53,024 bases of DNA from Catajapyx aquilonaris. Lineage: Eukaryota. The notes under the pieces were generated by a model. It did not search any database. It saw nothing but the letters and a program-made list of their open reading frames with translations, and was not told where the DNA came from. Below are positions 13,001 to 28,000 of this stretch, piece after piece. Each line of letters starts with the position of its first letter. The stretch's first letter is position 1. The stretch is from assembly GCA_000934665.2 (NCBI GenBank), contig JYFJ02002667.1:1-53024 (forward strand), written 5' to 3'. The position numbers and the translations under genes were made by a program.

Positions 13001-16000
13001 TTGTGCTCGCCCGGCAACCGATTGTTTGCAACCCGTAACCAACATGTTTGGAGGGCACCCTGCTGTGCCGCGTCACTAGGTGCAGATAAACGATAGTATA
13101 ATCCAGCGCCACATTGAACTTGAGCTGTAGAGTTTTTAATGTCAAGAAATGAGGGCAATGTGAATGCACAGAAATGTTCATTGAACCTATTTTAAACGCC
13201 ATTGTGGTATTTCAGGGAGTCGAAAGTGTCAGAGCAGAGCAGCCTGCTGTGATGGAAACAATAGTTGAAGACACGTGCGGGAGTGACTCGGACTTGGACG
13301 ACAGGAGTGAAATCCAGGCTGGTGTGGAACCTGCCCCCAAACACACCATTCCTGAGGAGAGATCAGGAAGGAAGAGGACGCAAAGAAAGGTGAGATGCGA
13401 GTTTGTAGCATGACACAAATTCTGAAACTATTCCTTTTCAGGTGATTGTCCGAGAAGATGAGTACAGCACGAGAATTTCAAAAGCATCTCAAGAATTTTC
13501 AAATCTCAGTTTGCAAAATGTAAGGCCACACTTCATCAGGAATGACTTGTTGTGATTCCACACAGTTGCATTTCCCTTTGTAAGGTTAAAGTATAATCCC
13601 CGCTTGGTTAGGAGGAGGTGCCAGCGAGAGTAAGGAAGTCAAAACTGGTTGCTCGGGTCAAGGTGACGGAGCAGAGCCAGGCAGGCAGTGAGGACACGAT
13701 TCTAGCCGATGACCTCAAGAAATCCAGTGCAAAGGACAAGGAGCCAAAACCAATGGCAAGTCTCATTTCCCGTCATTAACTGGAAGGAATTATGCGTTTA
13801 AAAATATATGCTACACGCCTGCCTTGAGCAGATGAGGTCATGTATTTCCTCTACTTTGAAATATCCGTTGCAGCCGACAACTGGAAAGGAGAAAACCCAT
13901 AAGCCACGCACTCACTCACTGGCCTTCAAGGAAATGGTGCTTGATGTCTACGAGTTTGACAATTCCAAATGTCGTCACAATTATGATGCAACTGCACACA
14001 AGTTTGGAATAAGCGCATGTGCTGTGACGTATTGGGTGAAAGCCATGCGACCTCACCTCCTCGCCTGCCAACCAAAGGAAGCTGCCAATGAGATGTCAAG
14101 TAATGGGACGAAGGTAAGCCTCATCAGATTATTAAACAAAAAGGATGAGGACTCAACATCACGCAGAATAATTTCTGAATCTGCTGTATGATTGAGTGCT
14201 GGAAAGAAACAGATCAATGTCGGATAGGTACAGTTATGTACTGAGATGTTTTTTTTTTCACCTCTTAAATGCAGCCAAACTCCAGCCATCTGCATTTCCG
14301 CACATCACCTTATTATTCACTGGATTTCAAGAAGAAAGTACTGGAGGCCTACAAGTCTGGTGATTCCAGATGTCGTCACAACGTGACGGCAACTGCAAGG
14401 AAGTTCGGCCTACACCAACAAACAGTGCGGAAATGGGTGAAGTTTCTCCTGCCCCGTCTCCTTGCCCGATCAGGCCAGAGTCAGGCGGACCAATCCAGGC
14501 GAGGCAATCATGAATCTCATGAAATGAGGGTAAAGGAACTATTTCTCATGTCATCATACACTTGTTGGGACTTGCTGAAATGCCAAGTCTATGGGCATCT
14601 TTTCTAAGGGGCGAGTTAAATTTTTTGCCAAAAATACATGGCTCTCACATGTCAGGTGGGAACATATTATCGAGCGATTCCTTCTGGAGCCTAATGCATT
14701 GGCAGCACAGGGGTGCCAACCTCTCCTAGGCCCTGCATGAACCACATTTTGGTGGCTCGATGGTCGGCGATGGCAAACCTTGTCATCTCGTACTCCTCCA
14801 AAGCGCGAATAATTTGGGCTAAGTTGTATTGGTTTTTGCACAGCTATTCAAACCGTTTCACCACCGCACCGGGTACAATCGGAAGAACAATTTCGACTGT
14901 AGAACGGCTGATTCCCTGTCCAGGTTGCCAGGGAACCAGTTCAGACCAAATAATTTAAAAAGCGCGTGGGCAACAGGGAACCAACTGTTCTATTTCGGAA
15001 GTTCTCCCTCCGATTGTTCGAGGTGTGTTGGTGAAACCGTTTAAATAGCTGTGCAAAAACCGATAGCCCAAATCTCCGGCCATTTGAGCCTAAATCGTCT
15101 CAAACCATCGCAGTAAGACTTGACGTCGACAGATTTACCAGGAGGGAGAAACTCCATATGCACAATTGCATTTTTTTAAACCGACGCATCAGGCTTACCT
15201 TGAGCAGTGATATTAACTTGACAACTGATGCTGTATGATTTCCTCTACTTTTAAATTTCTGTTGCAGCCAACCTCTGGGAAAGGGACAACACACAAGAGA
15301 CGCATCCATGCACTGCCCTTCAAGGAAATGGTGCTCGATGTCTACGAGTTTAGCAATTCCAAATGTCGTCACAATGCATATGCAACTGGAAAAAAATTTG
15401 GAATAGGTGACTGTACCGTGAGCCGTTGGGTGAAAGCCATGCGACCTCATCTACTTGCACGCCAACGAAAAGAAGATGCTCATCAGATGTTCGGGAATAG
15501 TAAAAAGGTAAGCCTCATCAGGTAATAATTAAGCAGTGAGGAAGATGGATTCAAGATTATGGGTAGTAATAATAATAATAATGATGTTAGTGGAAGAGAG
15601 AAAGATTGTGTCGAGAATATAACATGTTTAAGATGTTTGTTTTCCACCTCTTCCGCAGCCAAACTCAGTGGAACTGCATATCCGCACCTCTCATAAATAC
15701 CCCCTGGATTTCAAGAAAAAGGTTCTGGAAACCTACGAGTCTGGTGATTCCACATGTCGTCACAATGCGGCTGCAACTGCGAGGAAGTTTGGCTTAAAAG
15801 GAATAACAGTGTGGTCTTGGGTGAAGTTCCTCCGACCCCAGCTGCTTGCCCGTTCAGGCCGGAGTCAGGTACGTGCCAATCAAGGCGAGGCAGAAAGGAC
15901 GAGTCATGAAATGAGGGTAAATGAACTATTATTTTTTTAAATAGCCACACTTCTGCTGGGAGTTGCAGAAATGCCAATTCCATGGAAAATTTGGGTTCCT

Positions 16001-19000
16001 CTTTGCTCCTTTGATTCTTCTAAGAGTAAGAAGGGATGCTGACAGGTTGTGTTTGGCATGAATGAGACGAGGATCCATTCAAAGTCTATGTGTCTTGGGC
16101 AGTTAGGGGGGCAGTTCAAAAGAATCGAAAAGGCACCCAGAATGTGTGCATTTTTAAATGCCAAAGTAATTATACTACATGACGCCACTGATATGCCCAC
16201 AAGGGATTTATTTTTTAAGACTACAGTAAAACTTCCAGAAGTCGAATCTCCATGGGACCGGAATTTTTTTTCGAGTTACAGAAGATTCCAGTTAGAGAAG
16301 TTTGGAATTTTTTAAGAGCCCTTACAATCGTCCCAAGGGGTGGTTAGGGGTGGGTAATCCGGAGGGGTTCGGGCGGGAGGGGAGGACAAACAGGACCTAT
16401 AAGACTTGAGGATTATAGGTCCGGTTTTTCCTCCCCTCCTGATTACGAACCCCTCACCATCCCCTGGACATGCATATTTGACCTAACATTGACAATATTT
16501 CTGATAACCATGTGACTGGTACATAGGCTACTGCTTAAATACATTTTAAAAACATGCTTACCCCTATTCAGAATTCAGTTTGAACATGCTCAAGTCTCTC
16601 AGTTGAGCTGTTGTTTCTCGTGCAAGAAAAGTGGTTGTAAAGATGGGTCCTTTTCAAAGGCCTCACATACATCGTTGCCTGCTTTCCAGGAAGAGACGTG
16701 CGGCAGTGACTCAGACTTGGACGACAAGGGTGAACTGACCACTGGTGTGAAACCTGTCGTCAAACACGCCTTTCACAATGGGAGAGCAGGAAGGAAGAGA
16801 GCACAAAGAGGGGTGGGGAGGAGAGTTTGACGCAAGACACAAATTCTAAAACTATTCCTTTTCAGGCCAATGTCCGTGAAGATGACTGCAGCGCAACAAA
16901 TTCAAAACCATCTCGACATGTTTCAAAACCAAAGTTGCAAAATGTAAGAACATTTGTACAGTGTTATGCAATAACGAGTCAACCCGCATGAGAACAGTGT
17001 TGTGGGAAAAGGGGCTTTGAAGGTCACAACTCTGGAATTAATTCACTGTCCTTTTCGGTCATTCATGGCAGAAGCATGCAGATTTCGCCAGCTTGCTTTT
17101 AACTTATTCCAGTGCGATCCTTTGGGCATCATGGGATTAACTCGATTTCGACATTTTTGTTGGTTGACACATTATTCCATGACACCTTCCATTTCGTCAG
17201 GAGTGACTTGTTGTGATTGCAGAGTTGCATTTCCCTCGACAAATTTGAGTGAATTCCCTGCCCGTTTAGGTGGAGGTGCCAACAAGAGGAAGGAAATCAA
17301 AACTGGTTGCTCAAGTTAAGATGAAGGAACAGAGTCAGGGAGGAATTGAGGACGCAATCACCGATGATGGCCTCAAGACATCCGGTGCGAAGGACAAGGA
17401 ACCAAAACGAATGGTAAAATTCATTTTCTGTCAAGGCTGATGAAATTCCTTTAAATAAAATATGCCAACTGAGGCTGTAAGATTTCCTCTCCTTTTAAAT
17501 ATCCATTGCAGCCGACCTCTGGAAAAGGGACAACCCGTAAGCCACGCATCCACTCACTGGCCTTCAAGGAAAAGGTGCTTGATGTCTACGAGTTTGACAA
17601 TTCAGAATGTCGTCACAATGAAAATGCAACTGCAAGAAAGTTTGGAATAAGCTCATTTGCTCTGAGGTATTGGGTGAAAGCCATGCGACCTCACCTCCTC
17701 GCCTGCAGACGAAAGGAAGATGCTCATCAGACGTCAAGCAATGGGACAAAGGTAAGCCTCATCAGATGATTAAGCAATGAGGATGTGGACTCCAGGTCAT
17801 AGGAAATAATTACCAAAGCTGCTGTATGCTTGAGTCCTTGAAAGAAAGAGCTCATGATTGTTGGATAGACAGTTATGTTCAAAATCGTTTGTTGTCCATG
17901 TCTTTTGCAGCCAAACTCAGGCGAACTGCAAATCCGCACATCGCAATACTCCCTGGATTTCAAGAAGAAAGTGCTGGAAGCCTACCAGTTTGGTGATTCC
18001 ACTTGTCGTCACAACACGGGTGCAACTGCTAGGAAGTTCGGATTACCAAAGGCAACAGTGATGTATTGGGTCAAGTTTCTCCTGCCCCGTCTCCTAGCCC
18101 GATCAGGCCAGAGTCTGGCCTACAAATCAAGACAAGGCAATCATGAATCTCATGAAATGAGGGTAAAGGAACTATTTTTATTATCATCATACATTTGTTG
18201 GGACTTGCTGAAATGCCAAGTCTATGGACTTCTCATATACAGGCTATAGTTTATTTCCCCCCGGAAAATGCAGGGCTCTCACAGGTTGGCAGCTTGTCAG
18301 GCATTATCGAGAGCTTCCGATTGGAGCCTAATGCACTGGCACCACAGGTGTATGTGGCAGCCTCTCCAGGCCCTCCAGGAACCACTTTTTGGTGGGGTAG
18401 CGTGCCCATTCCCGGACAACTGCTTCCTGTTCAACAATGTCCTCGAAATGGCAATGGCGAATGAGTTTTTCTACGGCTCTGAACAGGTGAAAGTCACTGG
18501 GGGCCAGTTCAGGGTAGTACGGCGGGTGTGGAAGCATCCACAACCAGATCCATGGAAACATCCCTTCACAGACACCATTTCAAGGACATTGATGACAGTT
18601 GTTGACTGTGTGCAGTTGTCCGGGAGAGGGTGCTTAGCATCATGAAATTGGTTCTTCGAAGGCCTGCAGGGGTGTGTCAATCGAAATTCCTTGTTAGCCC
18701 AGATATGCCGAGTGTCCCCTACAGGGGACACCTGCACAGTTGTTATATTTTAATTTTTTTGAGCTGGTTCTTCTGATGCTAAAGAGCTGGCAGTAGTCGC
18801 GGGTGATTCAGTAGAGTCCCAGCTAACGATGCAAGTTCAAACCTGCTCAAATATTGCTTCAGCTTTTTAAGATACAGGTGTTTGATTTTTAACGCAGGAA
18901 ATAATGGCTTCACCTCCACGTTCCAAATATGATTACCAATTAATTCTCAAATTTGATTAATGTTATGAGTTATGAGCGACACATTGAACTGGAGCTGCAG

Positions 19001-22000
19001 AGTTTTTTGTGTCAAGAAATGAGGGCAATGTGAATGCACAGAATGCACTGAACCTATTAAAACTTCATTGTGGTATTTCAGGGAGTCGAAAGTGTAAGAG
19101 CAGAGCAGCCTGATGTGATGGAAACAATAGTTGAAGACACGTGTGGGGGTGACTCCGACTTGGACGACAGTAGTGAAATCCAGGCTGGTGTGGAACCTGC
19201 CCCGAAACGCACCATTCCTGACGAGAGATCAGTCTGGGAGAGAGCCCAAAGAAAGGTGAGATGCGAGTTTGTAGCATGACACAAATTCTGAAACTATTCC
19301 TTTTCAGGTGATTGTCCAAGAAGATGAGTACAGTACAAGAAATTCAAAAGCATCTCGAGAAGTTTCAAATCTCAGTTTGCAAAATGTAAGAACACACCTC
19401 GTCAGGAATGACTTGTTGTGAATCCACAGTTCCATTTCCGTTTGCAAGGTTAAGTAAAATCCCTGCTTGTTCAGGTGGAGGTCCCAGTGAGAGTAAGGAA
19501 GTCAAAACTGGTTGCTCGGGTCAAGATGACAGAACAGAGCCAGGCAGGCAGTGAGGACACGATTCTAGCCGATGACCTCAAGACATCCAGTGCAAAGGGC
19601 AAGGGACCAAAACCAATGGTAAGTCTCACTTTCCGTCATGAACATGACGAAATTATGCCTTTAAAAAATATGCTACAGGCCTGCCTTGAGCAGATGAGGT
19701 CATGTATTTCCTCTACTTTTAAATATCCGTTTCAGCCGACCTCTGGAAAGGGGAAAACCAGTAAGCGAAACATCTACTCACTGGCATTCAAGAAAAAGGT
19801 GCTTGATGTTTACGAGTTTGACCATTCAGAATGTCGTCACAATGTAAATGCAACTGCTAAGAGGTTTGGAATGAGCTTTAGTCTTGTGAGATATTGGGTG
19901 AAAACCATACGACCTCACCTCCTTGCCTGCCAACCAAAGGAAGATGTTGATCAGACGTCCAGCAGTGGGACAAAGGTAAGCCTCATCAGATTATTAAGCA
20001 ATGAGGATGTGGATTCACGGTCATAGGAAATAATTGCGAAAGCTGCTGTATGCTTGAGTCCATGAGAGAAAGAGATCAATGTTGGATATAGACAGTTATG
20101 TTCAAAGGTGTTTGTTTTCCACCTCTTTTGCAGTCAAACTCAGGCAATCTGCATATCCACACATCACAATCTTATTCACTGGATTTCAAGAAGAAAGTGC
20201 TGGAGGCCTACAAGTCTGGTGATTCCAGATGTCGTCACAACGTGATGGCAACTGCAAGGAAGTTTGGCATACCCCAACAAACAGTGTGGAAATGGGTCAA
20301 GTGTCTCCTGCCCCGTCTCCTTGCCCGATCAGGCCAGAGTCAGGCGGACCAATCCAGGCGAGGCAATCATGAATCTCATGAAATGAGGGTAAAGGAACTA
20401 TTTCTCATGTCATCATACACTTGTTGGGACTTGCTGAAATGCCAAGTCTATGGGCATCTTTTCTAAGGGGCGAGTTAAATTTTTTGCCAAAAATACATGG
20501 CTCTCACATGTCAGGTGGGAACATATTATCGAGCAATTCCTTCTGGAGCCTAATGCATTGGCGGCACAGGTGTGCCAACCTCTCCCAGGCCCTGCAAGAA
20601 ACAAATTTTGGTGGCTCGATGGTCGGCGATGGCAAACCTTGTCATCTCGTACTCCTCCAAAGCGCGAATAATTTGGGCTAAGTTTTATTGGTTTTTGCAC
20701 AGCTATTCAAACCGTTTCACCACCGCACCGGGTAAAATCGGAAAAACCATTTCGACTGTAGAACAGCTGATTCCCTGTCCAGTTGCCAGGGAACCAGTAC
20801 AGACCAAATAATTTAAAAAGTGCGTGGGGAACCAACTGTTCTATTTCGGAAGTTCTCCCTCCGATTTTTCGAGGTGTGTTGGTGAAGCCGTTTAAATAGC
20901 TGTGCAAAAACCAATAGCCCAAATCTCCGGCCATTTGAGCCTAAATCGTCTCAAACCATCGCAGTAAGACTTGACGTCGACAGATTTACCAGGAGGGAGA
21001 CACTCCATATGCACAATTACATTTCTTTTAAACCAATGCATCAGGCTTACCTTGAGCAGTGATATTAACTTGACAACTGATGCTGTATGATTTCCTCTAC
21101 TTTTAAATTTCCGTTGCAGCCGACCTCTGGGACAGGGACAACCCGCAAGCGACCCACCCATTCACTGGCCTTCAAGGAAATGGTGCTCGATGTCTACGAG
21201 TTTAGCAATTCCAAATGTCGTCACAATGCATTTGCAACTGGAAAAAAGTTTGGAATAGGTGACTGTACTGTGAGCCGTTGGGTGAAAGCCATGCGACCTC
21301 ATCTACTTGCCTGCCAACGAAAAGAAGATGCTCATCAGATGTTAGGGAATAGTAAAAAGGTAAGCCTCATCAGGTAATGATTAAGCAGTGAGGAAGATGG
21401 ATTCAAGATTATGGGTAGTAATAATAATAATAATGTTGTTTGTGGAAGAGAGGAAGATTGCGTCGAGAATATAACATGTTTAATATGTTTGTTTTCCACC
21501 TCTTCCGCAGCCAAACTCAGTGGAACTGCATATCCGCACCTCTCATAAATACCCCCTGGATTTCAAGAAAAAGGTTCTGGAAACCTACGAGTCTGGTGAT
21601 TCCACATGTCGTCACAATGCGGCTGCAACTGCGAGGAAGTTTGGCTTAAAAGGAATAACAGTGTGGTCTTGGGTGAAGTTTCTCCGACCCCAGCTGCTTG
21701 CCCGTTCAGGCCGGAGTCAGGTATGTACCAATCAAGGCGAGGCAGAAAGGACAAGTCATGAAATGAGGGTAAATGAACTATTATTTTCTTAAATAACCAC
21801 ACTTATGCTGGGATTAGTCAGTGATGGCAGAAAAAATAGAGATTCCCAGATTATTGTCTGTTCACTTAGTTAAGAGCCCTGGCAATCGTCCCAAGGGGTG
21901 GTGAAGGGTGGGTAATCAGGAGGGGTTCGGGCGGGAGGGGAGGACAAACAGGACCTATGAGACTTGAGGATTATAGGTCCGGTTTTTCCTCCCCTCCCGA

Positions 22001-25000
22001 TAACGCACCCCTCACCATCCCCTGGACAATAGCGAAAGGCTCTTAAGTAAGTGAGCAAACAATAACAAGGGACATGCATATTTGACCTAACATTGGCAAC
22101 TAATATTTCTGATAACCATGTGACTGGTGCATAGGCTACTGCTTAAATACATTTTAAAAACATGCTTACCCCTATTAAGAATTCAGTTTGAACATGCTCA
22201 AGTCTCTCAGTTGAGCTGTTGTTTCTCGTGCAAGAAAAGTGGTTGTAAAGATGGGTCCTTTTCAAAGGCCTCACATACATCGTTGCCTGCTTTCCAGGAA
22301 GAGACGTGCGGCAGTGACTCTGACTTGGACGACAAGGGTGAACTGACCACTGGTGTGAAACCTGTCGTCAAACACGCCTTTCACAATGGGAGAGCAGGAA
22401 GGAAGAGAGCACAAAGAGAGGTGGGGAGGAGAGTTTGACGCAAGACACAAATTCTAAAACTATTCCTTTTCAGGCCAATGTCCGTGAAGATGACTGCAGC
22501 GCAACAAATTCAAAACCATCTCGACATGTTTCAAAACCAAGGTTGCAAATTGTAAGAACATTTGGACAGTGTTATGGAATTACGAGTCAACCCACATGAG
22601 AACAAAGTTGTGGGAAAAGGGGCTTTGAAGGTCACACCTCTGAAATTAATTCAGTGTCCTTTTCGGTCATTCTTGGCAGAAGCATGCCGATTTCGCCAGC
22701 TTGATTTTAACTTATTCCAGTGCGATCCTTTGGGCATCATGGGATTAACTCGATTTCGACATTTTTGTTGGTTGACACATTATTCCATGACACCTTCCAT
22801 TTCGTCAGGAGTGACTTGTTGTGATTGCAGAGTTGCATTTCCCTCGACAAATTTGAGTGAATTCCCTGCCCGTTTAGGTGGAGGTGCCAACAAGAGGAAG
22901 GAAATCAAAACTGGTAGCTCAAGTTAAGATGAAGGAACACAGTCAGGGAGACAGTGAGGACGCAATCACCGATGATGGCCTCAAGACATCCGGTGCGAAG
23001 GACAAGGAACCTAAACGAATGGTAAGACTCATTTTCTGTCAAGAACAGGATGAAATTACTTTAAAAAAACTATGCCAACTGAGGCTGTAAGATTTACTCT
23101 ACGTACTTTAAAATATCTGTTGTAGCCGACCTCTGGGAAAGGGACAATGCGTAAAAGAAAAGGCTACTCACTGCCTTTCAAGAATAGAGTGCTTGATGTC
23201 TACGAGTCTGACAATTCAGAATGTCGTCACAATGCAGCTGCAACTGCAAAAAAGTTTGGAATAGGCTCACGTGGTCTGAGGTATTGGGTGAAAGCCATGC
23301 GACCTCACCTCCGTGCCTGCCAACCAAAGGAAGATGCTCATCAGACGTCAAGCAATGCGACAAAGGTAAGCCTCATCAGATTATTAAGCAAGGAGGATGG
23401 GGACTCCAGGTCATCGGAAATAATTGCGAAAGCTGCTGTATGCTTGAGTCCTTGAAAGAAAGAGCTCGTGTTGGATAGACAGTTATGTTCAAAATCGTTT
23501 GTTTTCCATGTCTTTTGCAGCCAAACTCAGGCGAACAGCAAATCCGCACATCACAATACTCCCTGGATTTCAAGAAGAAAGTGCTGGAGGCCTACCAGTT
23601 TGGTGATTCCACTTGTCGTCACAACACGAGTGCAACTGCAAGGAAGTTTGGCGTAAATCAACCCACAGTGTGGCATTGGGTCAAGTTTCTCCTGCCCCGT
23701 CTCCTTGCCCGATCAGACCAGAGTCAGGCCTACAAATCAAGACGAGGCAATCATGAATCTGATGAAATGCGGGTAAAGGAACTATTTTTATTATCATCAT
23801 ACATTTGTTGGGACTTGCTGAAATGCCAAGTCTATGGACTTCTCATATACAGGCTACAGTTTATTTTCCTCCGGAAAATACAGGGCTCTCACAGGTTGGC
23901 AGCTTGTCAGGCATTATCGAGAGCTTCCGATTGGAGCCTAATGCACTGGCACCACAGGTGTGGCAGTTGCTCCAGGCCCTCCAGGAACCACTTTTTGGTG
24001 GGGTCGCGTGCCCACTCCCGGACAACTGCTTCCTGTTCAACAATGTCCTCGAAATGGCAACGGCGAATGAGTTTTTCTACGGCTCTGAACAGGTGAAAGT
24101 CACTGGGGACCAGTTCAGGGTAGTACGGCGGGTGTGGCATCATCTAAACCCGGATCCATGGAAGAATTCCCTTCACAGACACCATTTCAAGGACATTGAT
24201 GACAGTTGTTGACTGTGAGCAGTTGTCCATGAGCTGGTGCTTAGCATCACGAAATTGGTTCTTGGAAGGCCTGGAGATGTTGGCACAGCCGTGGTGCCAG
24301 TGCATTCGGCTCCAGGAGGATTCTATTGATAATGTGTGCCCAACTCAAAAATCGCTCCGATATCCGGCGCCCTTGAGCAAAACCCAATATTGCCCAAAAA
24401 ATTAATCGTATTGAGATATGCAAAACAGGCCTACTCTCGGCAGAGTAAGGCCTGTTACAAGAAAATGGATACAGATAGAAATATTTTGACTTCCAATTCA
24501 AACTCAGCGCATACTAATACTAACTAATACACAATAAAAAATGAAAATTGCTCATTTAACAAAACCATTGTTAATTGTTCATATATGAGGTGTGATCGAA
24601 AGTTCCCAGACTTTGTTCATAAAAACATTAATATTTACTTTAAGTCCTTAATTTCCACTGCCACCTTGGGCACGTATACAATGATCCCAGCGAATTTCCA
24701 ATTTTTGGAAGCACCCCAAAAAATTGGTCAACCATAGCTTGTTCAGCACCTGCTACGATTTTGCTTAGATCTCTTTAGTGGAGTCAGAATGGCTCCTTTT
24801 CTACCCAAATTTCATTTTAGGGAAGAGGTAGAAATCACATGGGGTCAGGCCAAGCGAATAGGAAGGGAAGGGAACAGTGGTCATGTTGTTTTTTTGTCTG
24901 GAAGTCCCTACTTGACGCGTGGGGTGTGTGCAAGAGGCATTGTCATGGTGCAGCAACCAGTCCCTGTTCTTTCACATCTCCGGCCATTTAGGCCTACGTC

Positions 25001-28000
25001 TCAAACCATCGCAGTAAGACTTGCCGTTGACAGTTTCACCAGGAGGGGGAAACTCCCTATGCACAAATCCTATTACGTCAAAGAATATGATCAGCATCGA
25101 GTTGATTTTGATGCGAACTTGGCGCGCCACCATTGATGCTGTTAGACCACACACATGTTATTGCCTGTCTTACAGCTTGCTCATCAAAAGCCTTGTTCAG
25201 CATTCGGTGGGTTGCAGCCCAAGTTTTGTTGAGCTGGAAGCAGAATTTGATACAAATCATTTGCTCCGTAACATCAGCCATTTCGAAAAATCGCAGAAGC
25301 ACAAGAACGCGGTGTCAAGAAAACTGCTGCAACTCGGAAACATGTGCACCTCTGAAGACGATATTTTTCAGACTAATAGCTCAAAGGTGCTCCTGGCGCC
25401 CGCTAGAGTCACAAGATCTGACCTCCACTGGTTTTCGCGGTATATCGAAAATCCAGGAAATTTTCGATCACACCTCGTATTAGTCACATTGTTCGATGTG
25501 CAAAGTACTTTCCGCAAAATAACGTATGGCTGTTACAAAAAAAAGGAGGGTGATGGACACTTTCTGACTTCATATTCGGAACCATCTCATATGAATGCAT
25601 TAGAGACAGCTGAAATTGTTCATGTGCCAAAAACCTTGTTGACTAGTTTCATTTTCGTATGGCCCTCCTATTTTTACAAAATAACATGAACTCTTCCCGG
25701 ACTGATTTTCAAACCCTAATTGGACAGGTGCCTTTTCGTGGCAACTGCAACACCTGTCCCGACCTGCCCTATTAGGATTTGAAAAACTTGTTATCAATTG
25801 TTATTGATCTTGCACGGTTCAGGCTTAACATTGGGAAATATGTGAGTTGAGGGTCACGTTCGAATTCCATCATGAACATGAAGAAATTACATTTTTAAAA
25901 GAAATTATGCATTAGGCCTACCTTGAGTGGTGATATTAACATGGTAACTGAGGCTGTAAGATTTCCTCTAGCTTTAAATATCTGTTGCAGCCAACCTCTG
26001 GGAAAGGGACAACCCGCAAGAGACGCGTCCATGCACTGGCCTTCAAGGAAATGGTGCTCGATGTCTACGAGTTTAGCAATTCCAAATGTCGTCACAATGC
26101 ATGTGCAACTGGAAAAAAGTTTGGAATAAGTGACTGTACCGTGAGCCGTTGGGTGCAAGCCATGCGACCTCATCTACTTGACTGCCAACCAAAGGAAGAT
26201 GCTCATCAGATGTTAGAGAATAGGAAAAAGGTAAGCCTCATCAGGTAATAATTAAGCAATGAGGAAGATGGATTCAAGATTATGGGTAGTAATACGTATT
26301 ACTAAATCTGCCACATACGTCAGGGCTGGAAAGAAAGAGAGCAAGATTGTGTTGACAATATAATATTATGTTCAAGATGTTTGTTTTCCACCTCTTCCGC
26401 AGCCAAAGTCAGGGAAACTGAAAATCCGCACGTCACCTTTTTATTCACTGGATTTCAAGAGAAAAGTGCTGGAAGCCTACAAGTCTGGTGATTCCAAATG
26501 TCGTCACAATGTGGCTGCAACTGCAAGGAAGTTTGGCGTACCACAAGGAACAGTGAGGCAGTGGGGGAAGTTTTTCCGACCCCGACTCCTTGCCCGTTCA
26601 ACCCAGGATCAGGTACGTACCAATCAAGGCCAGGCACTCATGGAAGGACTAACCCCTACGAAGAATCCACTTTGAACATGCTCAAGTCTCTCGGTTAAGC
26701 AAGTGTTTCTCGTGGAAGAAATTGCGACCCATTTTTACAGCACTTTTCTTCTCGTGGAAGAAAAGTGCTGTAAAGATGGGTCGCAATTTCTTTTCAAAGG
26801 CCTCGCTTCATTGTTGTCTGCTTTCCAGGAAGAGGCGTGTGGCAGTGACTCAGACTTGGAAGACAGGGATGAAGTTACGCCAAGTGTGAAACCTGCCCCC
26901 AAACACGCCATTCCCAACGAGGGAGCAGGAAGGAAGAGAGCACGAAGAAAGGTGGAAAATAGGGTTTGTAGGAAGACGCAAGTTCTAAAACTAATCCTTT
27001 TCAGGTCCAAGAAGATGACTGCAGCACCGCCAATTCAAAACCATCTGGACATGTTTCAAAACCAAGGTTGCAAAATGTAAGAGCATTTGGACAGTCCTAT
27101 GCAATAATGAGTCAACCCACATGAGAACAGTGTTGTGAGAGGAAGGGCTTTGAGGGTCACACCTCTGGAATTAATTCGGTGTCCTTTTCCGTCATTCATG
27201 GCAGAATTCGCCAGCTTGATTTTAACTTGATCAAGTGCGATCCTTTGGGCGTCATGGGATTAGCTCAATTTCGACTGTTTTGTGAGCTGACACATTATTC
27301 CATGGCACCTTCCATTTCGTCAGGAGTGACTTGTTGTGATTGGAGAGTTGCATTTCCCTCAACAAATTTGAGTGAATTCCCTGCCTGTATAGGTGGAGAT
27401 GCCAAAAAGAGGACGGAAATCAAAACTGGTAGCTGAAGTGAAGATGAAGGAACAGAGTCAGGAAGGCAGTGAGGACGCAATCACCGATGATGACCTCAAG
27501 ACATCCAGTGCAAAGGACAAGGAACCTAAACGAATGGTAAGACTCATTTTCTGTCATGAACAGGATGAAATTACTTTAAAAAAACTATGCCAGCTGAGGC
27601 TGTAAGATTTACTCTACTTTTACAAATATCCATTGCAGCCGACCTGTGGAAAAGGGACAACCCATAAGACACGCGGCTACTCACTGGCCTTCAGGGAAAA
27701 GGCGCTTGATGTCTACGAGTTTGGCAATTCCAAATGTCGTTACAATGCAGCTGCAACTGCAAAAAAGTTTGGAATAAGCTCACGTGGTCTGAGATTTTGG
27801 GTGCAAGCCATGCGACCTCACCTCCGTGCCTGCCAACCAAAGGAAGATGCTGCTCACAAGTCAGGGAATGGGACAAAGGTAAGCCTCATCAGATTATTAA
27901 GCAATGAGGATGTGGATTCCAGGTCATAGGAAATAATTGCGAAAGCTGCTGTATGCTTGAGTCCTTGAAAAAAAGAGATCAATGTTGGATATAGACAGTT

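Larger units (their letters stand above)
13100..24270 (+). repeat. ~5.85-kb intragenic tandem duplication in gene B
   Basis: ~13100-18660 and ~18980-24270 are colinear, including six BrkDBD exons, linkers, mariner relics and MITEs. Confidence 0.85.
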
